Positions 14,201-29,606 of a stretch of 64,000 nucleotides of DNA are shown in pieces (the first letter of the stretch is position 1; each line of letters starts with the position of its first letter). The position numbers and the translations under genes are program-made. The stretch covers positions 79,794,001 to 79,858,000 of the forward strand of contig OX597821.1 of assembly GCA_951406725.2 (NCBI GenBank), written 5' to 3'. The notes beneath the pieces were generated by a model, which was not told where the DNA came from, did no database searches, and worked only from the letters and a program-made list of their open reading frames with translations. The DNA comes from Octopus vulgaris (taxonomy: Eukaryota).

Positions 14201-14301
14201 GGATGAGAAAGGCGCGATCCAGAGAGGAGTGGACAGCGTGCTGTGACCAGCGGTGTCAAATGGACGCCTGACGGACTGGTCGGTCAAAGTGATCAAAGTA
14301 A
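11298..14301 (+). mobile_element. Near full-length RTE-clade LINE, inactivated
   Basis: ~285-nt 5' UTR, APE + RT coding region, short 3' UTR ending in caaagt repeats; nested in a SINE. Confidence 0.93.
11584..14270 (+). pseudogene. RTE APE endonuclease-reverse transcriptase pseudo-ORF
   Basis: TYNCRS, LGLCETRW, VMGDFNAKVG, GSDHRLV; NYRPICLL, FIDYEKAFDS, GVK*GDTISP, LRFADDIV; stops at 12238 and 13575, frameshift near 12595, probable deletion near 14143 before GRPPRRW. Confidence 0.92.
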
Positions 14302-14314
14302 TATATATATATAC

Positions 14315-14409
<95 letters not shown>

Positions 14410-14413
<4 letters not shown>

Positions 14414-14610
14414 GTGTATCTGTGTTTGTCCCCTCAACATCGCTTGACAACCGATGCTGGTGTGTTTAGGTCCCCATAACTTAGCGGTTCGGCAAAAGAG
14501 ACCGATAGAATAAGTACTAGGCTTACAAACAATAATTCCTGAGATCGATTTGATTCAACTAAAGGTGGTGCTCCAGTATGGTGCAGTCAAATGACTGAAA
14601 CAAGTAAAGA
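14410..14610 (+). mobile_element. SINE family A 3' part
   Basis: cttgacaaccgatgctgg..acttagcggttcggcaaaagagaccgatagaataag..cagtcaaatgactgaaac. Confidence 0.85.
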
Positions 14611-15070
14611 AAGCCGTATTTGTTTGCGAAACGTAGCAACTTGCTGTTCTGGCTCTGAATTCTATAGAAAGTCGATAGAGATAAGCTTAAGAAGTGATTA
14701 AATAAAATATCAGTTGCTGTTATTGTTTCTGTCGTAGGCATCGTTATATAATCTCCCACGTCAGGAATAAACTTCTTAACATGGCTGGCATATTAAGCTC
14801 TATATTATGTCTGGCACACTGGCACACTCTGGAATCGGCGCTGCATTCAGAACATAATCCAATGTGGGCTTATATATGTATATATATTACTTTGTTTGCT
14901 AAATAAATTCGAAACCTAGGTATAACGGTAAAAAAATAACAAGATAAAAGTTTTTATTTTTCATTCTCTTCGAAATTGGTCTTAAATGTGGTTTTGGTCG
15001 TTTTGGCTGCTTCTTCTAGCGTGTAAAACTACCTGTTAAAGGAAGTTTCTGTTGTGTTTAAAGTACACTA

Positions 15071-15108
<38 letters not shown>

Positions 15109-15111
<3 letters not shown>

Positions 15112-15327
15112 AGATGTATCGGTTTTTAAATCAAAGCTGGACATCTTCCTGTCAAGAGTCCCAGATGAACCTACCTCACGGCAAGAGGTGCAAATGAGAG
15201 TAGCTGTATCAAACTCCATTCTTCACCAAGTGACTCATATTAGACGAGGTTCGTCGTAATAACAGTGTAGCACAAAACGGCGGTGCATCAGCATGGCCGC
15301 AGCTCTGAGCTGAAACTAGAAAAAAAA
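15109..15327 (+). mobile_element. CR1-clade LINE 3' end (second family) with a tail like SINE family A
   Basis: Reads VDVSVFKSKLDIFLSRVPDEP, comparable to FKKSLDRFLQEIPDKP; tail ggcggtgcatcagcatggccgcagctctgagctgaaac. Confidence 0.7.
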
Positions 15328-15374
15328 TATATATATATGTATGTTGTATGTATGTATGTATGTATGTATATGTA

Positions 15375-15412
<38 letters not shown>

Positions 15413-15446
15413 TTATAATATATAGCATACACATACATAATATATA

Positions 15447-15750
<304 letters not shown>

Positions 15751-15879
15751 ATAATTAATTAATAAGGGTGAGAGAATTAGATACTAATTTAATAGTATAT
15801 CCATTCAACACCAAGTGGCCTAGTGCTCCGAGAAACCTGGATTATTATAATATTTTATAATATATTATAATATTTTTAC

Positions 15880-16459
<580 letters not shown>

Positions 16460-16511
16460 TTATATATATATATATATGTATACATATATATATGTATATA
16501 TATATGTATAT

Positions 16512-17315
<804 letters not shown>

Positions 17316-17368
17316 AGTATATGTACATATATATATATGTATATATATATATATTATATATATATATG

Positions 17369-17400
<32 letters not shown>

Positions 17401-17403
<3 letters not shown>

Positions 17404-19002
17404 CTTGTGTCATGAAGATGTGTCAACACCAACTTACACCCCTCTAGCCAATCTGTGGCGGAACACAATGGATGCTGGATATATACCAGAAGACCTTCTA
17501 TCCCAGTCTGTTGTCCCAGTTTTCAAAAAAGGAAACAAATCGCTTGCCGTGAATTACCGTCCAATCTCACTCACCTCTCATATCATTAAGGTATTTGAGA
17601 GAGTGCTGAGATCGCGTATGACTCACTTCCTCGAGAGTCATAATATGCTGAACCCCAACCAGCATGAATTCCGTAATGGAAGAGATTGCCTGACGCAGCT
17701 ACTGCATCATTTTGATGACATTTTGAGAGCCTTGGGAGAGGGTTCCAACACTGATGTCATCTACCTTGATTTCAGCAAGGCCTTTGACAGGGTTGATCAT
17801 AAGATCTTTTGAGAAAGCTGTCCAATATTGGTGTCACTGGAAAGCTGCTGCAGTGGATCAAGGGCTTCACGTCTAACAGAACCCAACATGTTGTAGTTGA
17901 AGGAGTCAAATCCAGCCCAGCCAAAGTCAGCAGTGGTGTCCCACAAGGCACTGTGTTGGACCCACTTCTCTTCATCATCTACATTAATGTTATTACTGAC
18001 ACCATCAAACACAGTAACATCAGAGCCTTCGCTGATGATTCAAAGCTCCAGAAAGTCATCAATGGCGTGGATGACCGGTTATACCTTTAGTCAGACCTAC
18101 TGGCTGTTGTCCAATGGGCGGAAAAGAACAACATGTTGCTAAACGAAGACAAATTCGAACTGATCCACTTTGGAAGGGAGGACGCTCTGAAACTCCCATA
18201 CTCCCTTCCTTCTGGAGAAATTTTCATGGCGTCTAACAACATCAGAGACCTGGGAGTAACGGTGGACAACAACATAAGCTGGGCTACACATATAAGCAGC
18301 AAAGTTGACATGGCCCGCAGAATGTGTTCTTGGATTCTCAGAACCTTCCAGTCGAAAGATTCCCACACCATTATCCTTCTCTTCTCCACTTTTGCCCGAC
18401 CCCACCTTGAATACTGCTGTCCACTGTGGTCTCCCTACACGAAACAAAATATTATGAGAATTGAAGCTCCCCAAAGGTCAATCACAAAAAAGATAGATGG
18501 CATGTCAGACCTTGACTACTGGGGTAGACTAGAGAAGCTGACATTGTATTCACTCCAACGACGCCGTGAACGCTACATTATCTGTATGATGTGGAAAATA
18601 TTCCATCAGCACTGTCCGAATGATGTTGGCATCACCTTCAAAATACATCCAAGGCTTGGACCACGTGCCATCCGTCCACAACAAAAATCTAAATCGCATC
18701 ACATAACGACAATACGGCACAATTATTTCACCTCAATTGGACCCGCTCTCTTCAACATTACACGAGGACACGTCAAAAAAGAAACTGACCACACAAAATT
18801 CAAGAAGTCTTTGGACAAATTCCTTCAAACAGTCCCGGACAAACCACCCACACCCGAATGTGTCTCCGCAAACAATAACTCTCTGTTCGAATGGGCCTTG
18901 GTGCCCAAATCCTTAATTGAAAGACTTCGCCAGGTGGTGCTATTAAGTTAGACATGGCCTGGGCCAATACTGGCCAAAACCTTTCTAAGTTATTCTAAGT
19001 TA
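17401..19002 (+). mobile_element. 5'-truncated CR1-clade LINE, RT pseudo-ORF
   Basis: NYRPISLTS, YLDFSKAFDRV, SGVPQGTVL, FADDSKL, RPHLEYCCPLWSP; frameshift near 17810, stop at 18088; tail (ttctaagtta)x2. Confidence 0.92.
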
Positions 19003-19028
19003 TGTATGTATGCATGTATGTGTATATA

Positions 19029-19136
19029 CGAGGGGGTGTATGAAAAGTTTTGAGCCTTGAAGTGTTGTACCTTCATCAGAAGTCTTGTACCATGTTTTGT
19101 TTCGTTTGAGGCTCAAGACTTTTCATACACCTCTCG
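19029..19136. mobile_element. 108-bp mariner-type MITE
   Basis: TA-cgagggggtgtatgaaaagttttgagcct...aggctcaagacttttcatacacctctcg-TA: ~28-bp TIRs and TA TSD. Confidence 0.8.
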
Positions 19137-20682
19137 TAAATGTTTATGTGTGTGTGTGTGTGCGTGTGTTAGTATATAGAATACGATTGATTTCCTGTGC
19201 CTTTAACCTGACTCTAAATATTGGAGCTTTACTCTTGAGAAAATGCACTTAAAAGCTAAATACGTTACACTAGATTTTCTACACATTCTTAATGCTTTTA
19301 CACAATTTTCTACGTTCCCCAATTACAAAATATACGACTTAAGACGATTTATTCTGGATAATCAATGTTAAACCAACAGCGTGACTAAGAATGTAAGGCT
19401 TATTAATGGACAAAAACTGAATGATGCCACTGTAGATCTCTAAATTACGATTTCTCAGTTCTTGTGACGGCATGTTATCGTTCTGTAGCTATATAGATTA
19501 GCCCAGAACGAACACTGTGTAATACCTTCAAATATTCAACTGTCTTGCTGAGACTACACTGTGCATTCCAATACACAATAGTTAATCGTATAATGTACAG
19601 CTGCTTGTATGAACATGCTTTCTCTACATTGTTGAATCTGTGGTGTCTCACAAGTCGATATTCTCACTAAGTGTTTGACTTTGAGAAAATAGAAGGCAAA
19701 GTTATTTTAATCTTCATCCTACCCTTTCAAAAATTAGTGTATAGATTTGGACGGGGCCTGCATCTCCCAAATTATTATATAGCGAAGCTAAGTATAATTA
19801 ATTGATAAGCTTTATGGCGTATTATCAATAATTTTCATTTTTTAGCAATATTATTGGTATTATTTTTAGTTAATATAAACGAAAAGCTACAATTAATTAC
19901 GTTAATTGTTCCCGTCGATGATTTCCGGTTATAAGCAGTAATATTGAAGTCTTCGGAACTGAAAGGGCAAGTCAACGAAGGAGCCTCTATATGGGACACT
20001 TGATCTGCTAGAAATAGCAGTCGACCACTTTTGAAGTTACTCTCTCATCTTAAAATAAGAATGGCATATTAGATAATGTAGTCCTCAGACACAGATTGTT
20101 TGAAAGGGGGTGGGGACAAGCGAAATACTGGATGGTCATGACTAGAATGTCTTACATTTCGGGTCTACTCGACCGGTACTGGTTTGGGGCAAAACAACAA
20201 TCTCTCAAACAACCTGATTAAAGTTTACGGGTTACTTGTGACAACTGCTTGAAAATTATAGAGTTACGTTCCTTTAAATCCCAGGTTATCTATTTTGTTT
20301 TTTACCCACCGACTACCAACCTATCCTTTTCGGATATATTATTCGAAACGCTTATTTCCCCACCCACCCCTCCCCAACAACAACAACCGAGAAATGGTCA
20401 CGTGCTATTCTGCTCAACATTGCATTCTGCTCAACATTGCATAACGGACGTGATTCACAATTTCCCCATTTAAATTTCCTTCATGCTTTATCAAATTTTC
20501 CGTGTATCAGATACAATTCCCTTTTTAACTGTTTTTTCTTCTTCTTCTTAATTATCTTCCATACAGCTTGCAGTTATATTTTCGTTGTGCTTTCATCTAT
20601 AAGTTTTCCCCTCTTCTAAGTACGTTTTTTTCAAAAAATTCTTTGCTCGGTCATTGTTCTATAAACGAACAGTATCAGTAAT

Positions 20683-20743
<61 letters not shown>

Positions 20744-20746
20744 TAC

Positions 20747-20818
<72 letters not shown>

Positions 20819-21791
20819 ATTCTCTCTCTTATAACCGTTGGTTTTCTTCAAAATCTCCCTCTAAACAATATTTAACTTTCCGTTCTTGATAAAAAAAAAT
20901 TGTTTTTGTTTTACTTTCCGCTTTATTCCCAACATTTCTCCAAAGTATTTTATTTTCTCTGTATTTCTGTTTATCGTCTGCTCCCAGCCATTATAAAACT
21001 TTCAATTGTAGTGCCTAGCTTCTCTAGTTTCTCACCGATATTTAATCCCAAATAATTATTCTCTCTATTTTACCCTTCATTAACCAAACTTATTCTCATT
21101 CTAGGTTTTATAATTAGTTTTCCCGTTGCACCTTTTTTTTCTTCTTTTCTATCGTCTCATCCTCTTCTTTTGAAGCTATTTCATCAAATTCCTTGCTCTT
21201 TTTCTTGCTATTGACGCTCTTTTTTCTTGTTGCCGCTTTTTAAGCTGTTGCTGCTGCTGCTGTTGTTTTCGTTTCTCATATTGTAATTCGTTCTTTACTG
21301 ATGATGACGACGATGACGACGGCGACGGCGGCGGCGACAACGACGACGACGATGAAATTAATGATGTTACAGGAACTGTTATACTGTTGTTGAAAATGTT
21401 CTTCTTACCATTATTGGCATTGTTGTTGCTATTAATGTTATAGCTGCTGTGATTTTTAAAATCATTTATTGACGTAGCTGCCTCAGCTGATTTCTGTTCA
21501 AGTTGCAGTTGTTGCTGTTGTTATGCCTGAGATCTTTATATGCATGTATGTGCATCCAGATATGAATATAGAGTTGGAGTGCTGCTGAGGAAGGATACAG
21601 AAGTAAGAACATCATCAATAATTTCAGGTACTTAACACTACTGGGCACAGAAGTCAGAATTTTGTTCAAAGTACTCCTGAAGAGGCTGGCAGTTATACTA
21701 CGATTACATTCACCCAAAATCTATACCACAACATTCTCTTTTTCTATTTTGTATTTTATGTGGGGGAAACTCTTTGCCCAATAGAAAAACC

Positions 21792-21842
<51 letters not shown>

Positions 21843-21844
21843 GC

Positions 21845-21881
<37 letters not shown>

Positions 21882-22063
21882 ATTGCTGTTGTTGTTATCC
21901 TTCTTTCTTCAAATTTTCTTCCATTTCTCGCCGAGTGTTTTCCGTACACCTAGGGCAGAGAAGCTCATTGTATGCATTCCCAGATTACACACGCAAATTC
22001 ACAGGTCAAAGACCCATTATTATTATTATAATTATTATTATTACTATTATCATTATTATTATT

Positions 22064-22661
22064 GAGTGAGAGAGCAGTGCATGCCATCAGCGTGACACTG
22101 GGGTAAAATATATGAATCCCAGTATACCCATCATGACTACCCGTCTGATAAGGGTACACTAGGCACATGCATCACAACCATATGTGCGTGACATGGTGAT
22201 CTCATATCAAGATAAACAGCGCATGACCTTGCAGGTGGGGCCCAGTTCGAATTTTCTTCAGGTCGAGAAACCCATCCCGCTGAAAAGGTCCCTGAATAAG
22301 GTTTGTTTAAGGGTGATGAACGAAACACCCATGTTTCCAAGGGGGAATCATCCAAACCCCAAAGAATTCCTCTCAACACATGGCTATGATGCTCCCCCAC
22401 TACTTCTGCTCGTGATCAGAGATGCACATATCGTCAGCCACTAAGGGACATGCTCAACTGGTTAAGGTCAAACAATGACAAGCAAATATGTGGTATTGAG
22501 CAGAATATTTGCTGTAGCCCATCTTTTATACCAAGACAAAACAATGTACATGATAACACTTCCAATCATTTAAGATCAGAAGCCACGAGAGCCACTGCCT
22601 GGTACTGTATCAGGGCGTTTAGTACTGTATCAGGGCATTTAGTACTGTATCAGGGCGTTTA
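22064..22661 (-). mobile_element. Non-coding ~600-bp element within (TAA)n
   Basis: (TTA)n on both sides; second partial copy at 22679-22874; terminal 20-mer triplicated at 22602-22661. Confidence 0.7.
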
Positions 22662-22678
22662 TTATTATTATTATTATT

Positions 22679-22872
22679 GACTGAGAGAGCAGTTCATGCC
22701 ATCAAAGTGACACTGGGGTAAAATATACGAAGCCCAATATACCCATCATGACTACCCGTCTGATAAGGGTACACCAGGCACATGCATCACAACCATATGT
22801 GCGCGACCTGGTGATCTCATATCAAGATAAACAGCGCATGACCTTGCAGGTGGGGCCCAGTTAGAATTTTCT

Positions 22873-22874
<2 letters not shown>
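22679..22874 (-). mobile_element. Truncated second copy of the 22064 element
   Basis: Aligns with 22064-22260 and shares the same left terminus next to (TTA)n. Confidence 0.75.
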
Positions 22875-22944
<70 letters not shown>

Positions 22945-22945
<1 letters not shown>

Positions 22946-23200
22946 GTTTGACTTTTGCTTTATATTTGTACAAGTTGGCTCCAAATCTCACCCGGAGGCA
23001 TCAAGAGACAACAGGTTGGAAGTTCACGTTGTTGTTATGCCTAGTGTGCCATATATTTGGTTGTTTTTTGTGTTGTACTGGTGGATGTCTAAAAAAAAAT
23101 GTTTGTTTTAAACCCTGAGATTACATAGAAAGTATTTTGCGTAGGATATGAGCAGTTCCCATGGGCACTATCTTTTGAATTTCTGCCATTTTGGGGTTTC
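22945..23200 (-). mobile_element. R4/Dong-clade LINE 3' end
   Basis: Minus strand NPKMAEIQKIVPMGTAHILRKILSM*, then UTR running into (TAA)n. Confidence 0.75.
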
Positions 23201-23462
23201 ATTGTTTTTCTCTTTACCTTCGTAAAAAGTATGTTTACAGTCATGGAGATTCTTATAGAAGTAAAAAAATAATTTTCAACTCCTATTTCTAATTTCGGTA
23301 TGTGGTGAAACAGTTAGCTGAACCCTAATTATAATTATGTGGATAATTTTACCTATAAAAGTTATTTTAACGTACCGATCTACTTAGTAAAATTGTTAAT
23401 TAATTGATTAATCATTTATTTAATTAATAAATTTTACCCTTCTATTATTATCATTATTATTA

Positions 23463-23508
<46 letters not shown>

Positions 23509-23721
23509 TACTACTACTACTACTACTATATATGTGCTTCTCTTCTCGATCTCTCGCTTACACATCAATAATAATTATGAATACGAAAGAAACATCAACA
23601 CATGTGAATGTAAAAACGAAACCCTAACAAAAGCAGGTTGAATTGCTTCTTTTCAAGGCAGCGCTGTCAGCGGCCCTAAGAGGGCTCCGTCGGTTACGAC
23701 GATGAGGGTCCCAGCTGATAC

Positions 23722-23768
23722 GAGTGGATTTGGTAGACGGAAACTGAAAGAAGCCCGTCATATATATG

Positions 23769-23809
<41 letters not shown>

Positions 23810-23985
23810 CTGTGTTTGTCCCCCCAACATCGCTTGACAACCGATGCCGGTATGTTTACGTCCCCGTGGCTTAGCGGTTCGTCTTACAAAGAATAAGACC
23901 TGGGGTCAATTTGCTCGACTAAAAGGCGGTGCTCCAGCATGGCCGCAATCAAATGACTGAAACTGAAAATAAAAGAGTAAAGAGT
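23722..23985 (+). mobile_element. SINE family A, 5'-truncated
   Basis: gagtggatttggtagacggaaactgaaagaagcccgtc-(TA)(TG)-..aaggcggtgctccagcatggccgc. Confidence 0.8.
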
Positions 23986-24169
23986 AAGTCTCACTCAACC
24001 AGAGACGTCAAAGTACAACAAGCTTTTTGAATCAAAAGATGCGACTGAGTTACCATGCAAATATAAAAGAAAATTGATGTCTCTGTAAAAACAAAAAAAA
24101 CCTCTTTATAAAATTTATAACACAGAATTAATAAGATTACATTTACATAGAGAGGAATTTACGTAAAAT

Positions 24170-24400
24170 ATGTGAGGTACTCATAAGTATGATCGTTTAC
24201 AATTCACGTATTTTGGCGCTGCCGGGAATTTGGTCTACATATTTTGCTCCTTTTGATATCATTCCAAGTGTTCCAATAACAATAGGTAATATTGTTGCTT
24301 TGAAATGCTGCATTCTTCTGATTTTTTATCTCCAAGTGTTTATATTTTCTCAATTTCTGAAACGTTTTCAGAGATGTTTTTGTTAGCTGGAAGTGCAACA
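24170..24400 (-). mobile_element. Highly decayed R4-like endonuclease 3' fragment
   Basis: Frameshifted remnants resembling the C-termini at 22945 and 30495. Confidence 0.4.
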
Positions 24401-24697
24401 GCTGGGACAGCGTCGGACAAAATATCTTGCGGCATTTCGTTCGTTTTATGTTCTGAGTTCAAATCCCACAAAGGTCAGTTCTGCCCTTCATCCTCAAGAG
24501 GTCGGTAAAATATAGTTCCAGTCAAGTCCTGGGCTCGATGTAATCAACTTGACCTCTCCTTTCGAAATTGCTGGCCTTGTGCCAAAATTAGAAAGAACTT
24601 TTATTATTATTATCTTGATTTAGAGAAAATTTTAGTGAAACAAAACCTTCGAGATTTCTTTCACCTTCTAATTTCAGTTTTGATATTAAACCTGTAG

Positions 24698-24913
24698 GGC
24701 GGCAAGCTGACAGAAACGTTAGCACGCCGGGCGAAATGCTTAGCGGTATTTCGTCTATCGCTACGTTCTGAGTTTAAATTCCGCCGAGGTCGACTTTGCC
24801 TTTCATCCTTTCGGGGGTCGATAAAATAAGTAACGGTAGAGTACTGGGGTCAATTTAATCGACTTAGCCCCTCCCCCCAAACTGCTGTCCTTGTGCAACA
24901 ATTTGAAACCAAT
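24698..24913 (+). mobile_element. SINE family B (central domain gcctttcatcctttcggggtcgataaa..aagtacc, Meta-SINE-like)
   Basis: ggcggcaagctgacagaaacgttagc head; related copies near 1100(-), 24405(+), 30880(+), 34107(-), 37600(+), 55270(-). Confidence 0.8.
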
Positions 24914-25149
24914 GTTAATCAGTTGTACAAAGCATCTGTCTTAAGCGAGGAAGCAGGTTTAGAATAGTTGTCTAATACTAATAAGATCGAACCCTGCCTT
25001 ATTAAGAAAACGAAAATGTATGGGCTAATAAAAACTAATACAACGTAATCTGAAATAGGAGGGCGATATAATCACAGCTAATACAATGTTTCTAAGAATG
25101 AAAAACATCTTCACCTCAAGAGAAAAAAGATTGTAACTGAACTGAAAAC

Positions 25150-25586
25150 TGTGATATCAGACCAGTTGTCCTCTGTGCGGCAGAAACTCGGACGCTGTGT
25201 ACTACAATGAAGAAAAAGAAAGAAGCCTTTGAGATAGGAATCGTTCGTAGATTATACCGAATAGGTTGGGAAGACGCAGTAACAAACGCTGCAGTACGAG
25301 AAAAGCTGAGAATCCAAGCACACCTATTGTGGAGAACCAAGTGCACAAACCTACGATATTTTGGACATATTGTGCCATGAGTCACTGCCCAAGACCATCT
25401 TGACGAAGTGCTGAGCGGAAGAGAGCAAGAGGCCGTCAAAGCCACTTGTGGACTGACGACATCAAAGGGTGAATTGAAAACAAGAATTTGACTGAGTACG
25501 TGCACGCGGCACAATACAGACGGAACTGGAGCCTTGAAAAACTGACTCCAAAAAACAGGAAACGCACCTGGCTGGCTGATGATAAT
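25150..25586 (+). mobile_element. Decayed RTE-clade 3' fragment
   Basis: IRPVVLCAAET..EAFEIGIVRRLYRIGWEDAVTNAAVRE..LRYFGHI; then KRARGRQ..WTDDI. Confidence 0.7.
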
Positions 25587-25679
25587 GGGTAAAATGCATT
25601 TAATCAGAGGGCTATCAGATCAACCTGCAACTATTAAACAACATACATTTCAAAACCCGAATACTATTCGTATTTACTC

Positions 25680-25918
25680 TTTTCTCTTTTATTCTTTTAC
25701 TTGTTTCAGTCATTTGACTGTGGCCATGCTGGAGCACTGCCTTTAGTCGAGCAAATCGACCACGGGACTTATTCTTTAGAAGCCAAGTACTTATTCTATC
25801 GGTTTCTTTTCCCGAACCGCTAAATAATGAGGACGTAAACACACCAGCATCGGTTGTCAAGCGATGTTGGGGGGACAATCACAGACACACAAACAAACAC
25901 ACACACACATACCCACCT

Positions 25919-25981
<63 letters not shown>

Positions 25982-26098
25982 TACGACGGGCTTCTTTCAA
26001 TTTCCGTCTACCAAATCCGCTCACAAGGTTTTGGTTGGCCCGAGGCTATAGTAGAAGACACTTTCCCAAAGGTGCCACGCAGTGCGACTGAACTCGGA
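25680..26098 (-). mobile_element. SINE family A
   Basis: Aligns with 33301-33737. Confidence 0.85.
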
Positions 26099-26234
26099 AA
26101 CATATAAGCACCGTTTCAGTACTGGGTTCGGTCTAATTAACTTAACCCATCTCTGAAAATTGCTGGCCTTGTGCCAATTTTTGAAACCAATATCAAAGCT
26201 ATACTTCAGTGAAATCTGAAAATATATTTGTATG

Positions 26235-26601
26235 GATGGAAGCACTCCGTCGGTTACGACGATGAGGGTTCCGGTTGATCCTAATCAACGGAACAGCCTG
26301 CTCGTGAAATTAACGTGTAAGAGCACTCCACAGACACGTGCACCCTTAACGTAGTTCTCGGGGATATTCAGCGTGACACAGAGAGTGACAAGGCCGGTCC
26401 CTTGAAATACAGGTACAACAGAAACAGGAAGTAAGAGAGAGAGAAAGTTGTGGTGAAAGAGTACAGCAGGGATCACCACCATCCCCTGCCGGAGCCTCGT
26501 GGAGCTTTTAGGTGTTTTTGCTCAATAAACACTCACAACGCCCGGTCTGGGAATCGGAACCGCGATCCTATGACCGCGAGTCCGCTGCCCTAACCATTGG
26601 C
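26235..26601 (-). mobile_element. tRNA(Arg)-derived SINE, second subfamily with a different 3' body
   Basis: Minus strand gccaatggttagggcagcggactcgcggtcataggatcgcggttccgattccc head. Confidence 0.8.
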
Positions 26602-26962
26602 AGATGACTCGATTTTCAGTTTTTGTTTAATTCCATTTAAAAAATTTTTTTTTTTTTACCTTTTACTTTCTTGAGGAGTTATCAACCACAGAAGGGTTGA
26701 AAGTCAAAGTTAAATTCGGCGAGATTTGAGCCCGTAATTTTCTGCAACGATCTTACGGTGGTGCCAATCCCACATCATTTTGATTGATATCATAATTTTC
26801 GTTATTACACCTAAAAAGACGGATGGATCACCATTAAGATCATCATTGTCTATCAGCATCACAATCATAATTATGAACATCATCATTATATATTGCACGT
26901 ATTCATACATACATACATACATTCATACATACATACATACATACATACATACATACATACAT

Positions 26963-27017
<55 letters not shown>

Positions 27018-27105
27018 CATACATACAAATATACATACATACATATGCATAAATACATACATATATATATATATATATACACACACATAAAACAGTAAAC
27101 AGTAT

Positions 27106-27145
<40 letters not shown>

Positions 27146-27213
27146 AAAAATATATATAGATATATGAATATATATATATATATACATATATGAAAATATA
27201 TATAGTTATATGA

Positions 27214-27307
<94 letters not shown>

Positions 27308-28254
27308 TGTCCGACAGTCAGTCTCACACGCAGGCAAGCACAACACACACATACATACATACATACATACATACATACATACATACACACATACATACAT
27401 ACATACACATACATACATACATACATACTTACATACATACATGCATGCATGCATACAGATATACATACATACAGACAGGCATACATACATACATACATAC
27501 ATACATACATACATACATACATACATACATGCATACATACATACATACATACATACATACATACATACATACATACATACATACATACATACATACATAC
27601 ATACATACATACATGCATGCATACATACACATAATCATCTGATATCATCATAAAATTGTTAAGGTAATTATTTGCCCGTATAATTCTCTGTTGCAATCGA
27701 ATGTGGTGACGTTGGAATGTCAAAGTAACGTGCGATAGAAAGAGTAAGTGTGGTTGATGGAGAGAAAGCGAGTAAATGAGAGAGAAATTGAGAGATGCAG
27801 AGAGAGGGGTGATCTGTCGAGCACGTAGCGTAAGCAGGTCAGACACATCCGACAGTCAAAATTTGCACCGACTGACCTCGCAGAGATTCCCATGTTGTCA
27901 GATTGATTATTTTGTTAAAATGGTTCCGGAATATGTGGAGTGACAGATGGCGGAGGGTTTGGGTGGAATTGCAAAGTGTGGGTGTTTTGTAAAAAAGAAA
28001 AAAAAATGCATGTGTGAGTGCATGAATGTGTTCGTGTGTCTCTATGAGTGTATACGCTTGTATATCTAGTGTGTGTGTGTGCGTGTCTTAGAACAAGAAA
28101 CAACCTCCTGAAGAACTACGCCTGCAAGCTGGTTTCAATCTTAGGTTGAAGCCAACAAGTTGACATTATAATGCTCCTCATGTCATAGAAGAAGGCATGA
28201 ACATCACACATACTCACTTGAATTAGAGTCAATTATATGTAACTCCTTCCAAAG

Positions 28255-29130
28255 CATGTCTAACCCTGCCTGGATTCTTCTTTTCTACCATGGATCTTTT
28301 CTTTTGTCACTCCCATTATATTTTCTTGACATTAACACCCACGTTTTCTGCTACAACAATACTTGCTGCCTTGATTAAATTATTTGTTTCTGTGATGTTG
28401 TTTGTTTTGATGTATTTCAGAATTTCATTGACATTTTTCGTTTCTTGGTTCAATTTCCATCGATCAACCTGTGTAAGGTTGCAAATAATGTCGCTATCGT
28501 TCTCCTGTAGTCTTACCTTTACTCTGTCGTAGATTGCCTTTTGTTCATCTGTCATGTCGCTATTCGTTTTATCGTCTTCTTTTAGATCATTTTTATGTCT
28601 CTCATCAAGTAAGCTCCCACTGCTCCTTTCCTGTGCTATGAGATTACTCTTATCAGTAAGAAATGTATTTTCATTGCTATCTCTGCTGCTATTGTCCATG
28701 ACTCGTCTTTTGATAGCTTCGAGCTCTACTTCTGTGAACCAACAATTTTTTTTCTTATTGCTCCCACTTGTTCACATAGTCTCTGTTCCGTGAGTTGAAA
28801 TAATCCCTTTTCTCTCCAATGATCATACATACGTTGTCGGTAACACCTAATTTGAGCACCATTTTCATCTATCGGGTTGCCCAGGTAGTAACATTCCATG
28901 ACCTCAGCATTAATTTGTTTGCTCCATCTACGCCGTGTGTGGTGGTCCCTTTCTGGATATCGACAGGCTGGAGGCGGACCAAAATCTCTGAGCCTACCGG
29001 GTGTAAAACTGTCACCACCGTTGGCTTCAGTTTCATTACCACCGTTATTCACAATATTTTGTTTTTTCATTATTACACATATGAGGTAGCGATTACCAGG
29101 TTGCGCAGTTATCATGTTGCGCAAGTGTTT
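28255..29130 (-). mobile_element. R4/Dong-clade LINE, ORF N-terminal fragment (pseudogene)
   Basis: RRRWSKQINAEVMECYY..YRQRMYDHWREKGLFQLTEQRLCEQVGAIRKK, ELEAIKRR, NITETNNLIKAASIVVAE; frameshifted. Confidence 0.75.
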
Positions 29131-29606
29131 TTATTGTGACACCATCACTAGATGTACCATTATGAGCCCATAAGGAAACTCCACCCGTTTCCTTTCATTA
29201 TTATTATCATCACTGATATCACTGGTATTATTGTTTTTATGTTTAGTAGCAGTAGTAACAGTGGTTGCAGCAACAGCAACAGTAGCAGGGGTGGGGGTAG
29301 AGGTAAGGTGGTAGTTGGACCTCAGATTCCTGTGCTATCATAATAGTAGTAGTTGTAGTATTATTGTAGTATTAGTAGTATTAGCAGCTGCAGTATATTA
29401 TCATTATTTTTTTTTTCCTTCATTATCACCATCACCACCACTACCATTGTAGTTGGGCATCAGATTGGTGGATAAATCATATTCTACAGGTCTATAAATA
29501 GATTCAGCAGATGGTGGAGAGGTCAGCCATAGAGATAAAAGGATCTTCGCACCCATTCGGTTCAGTAGAGGTCAAATGTGTTTACTACTACCAGTGGCCG
29601 CTGACA

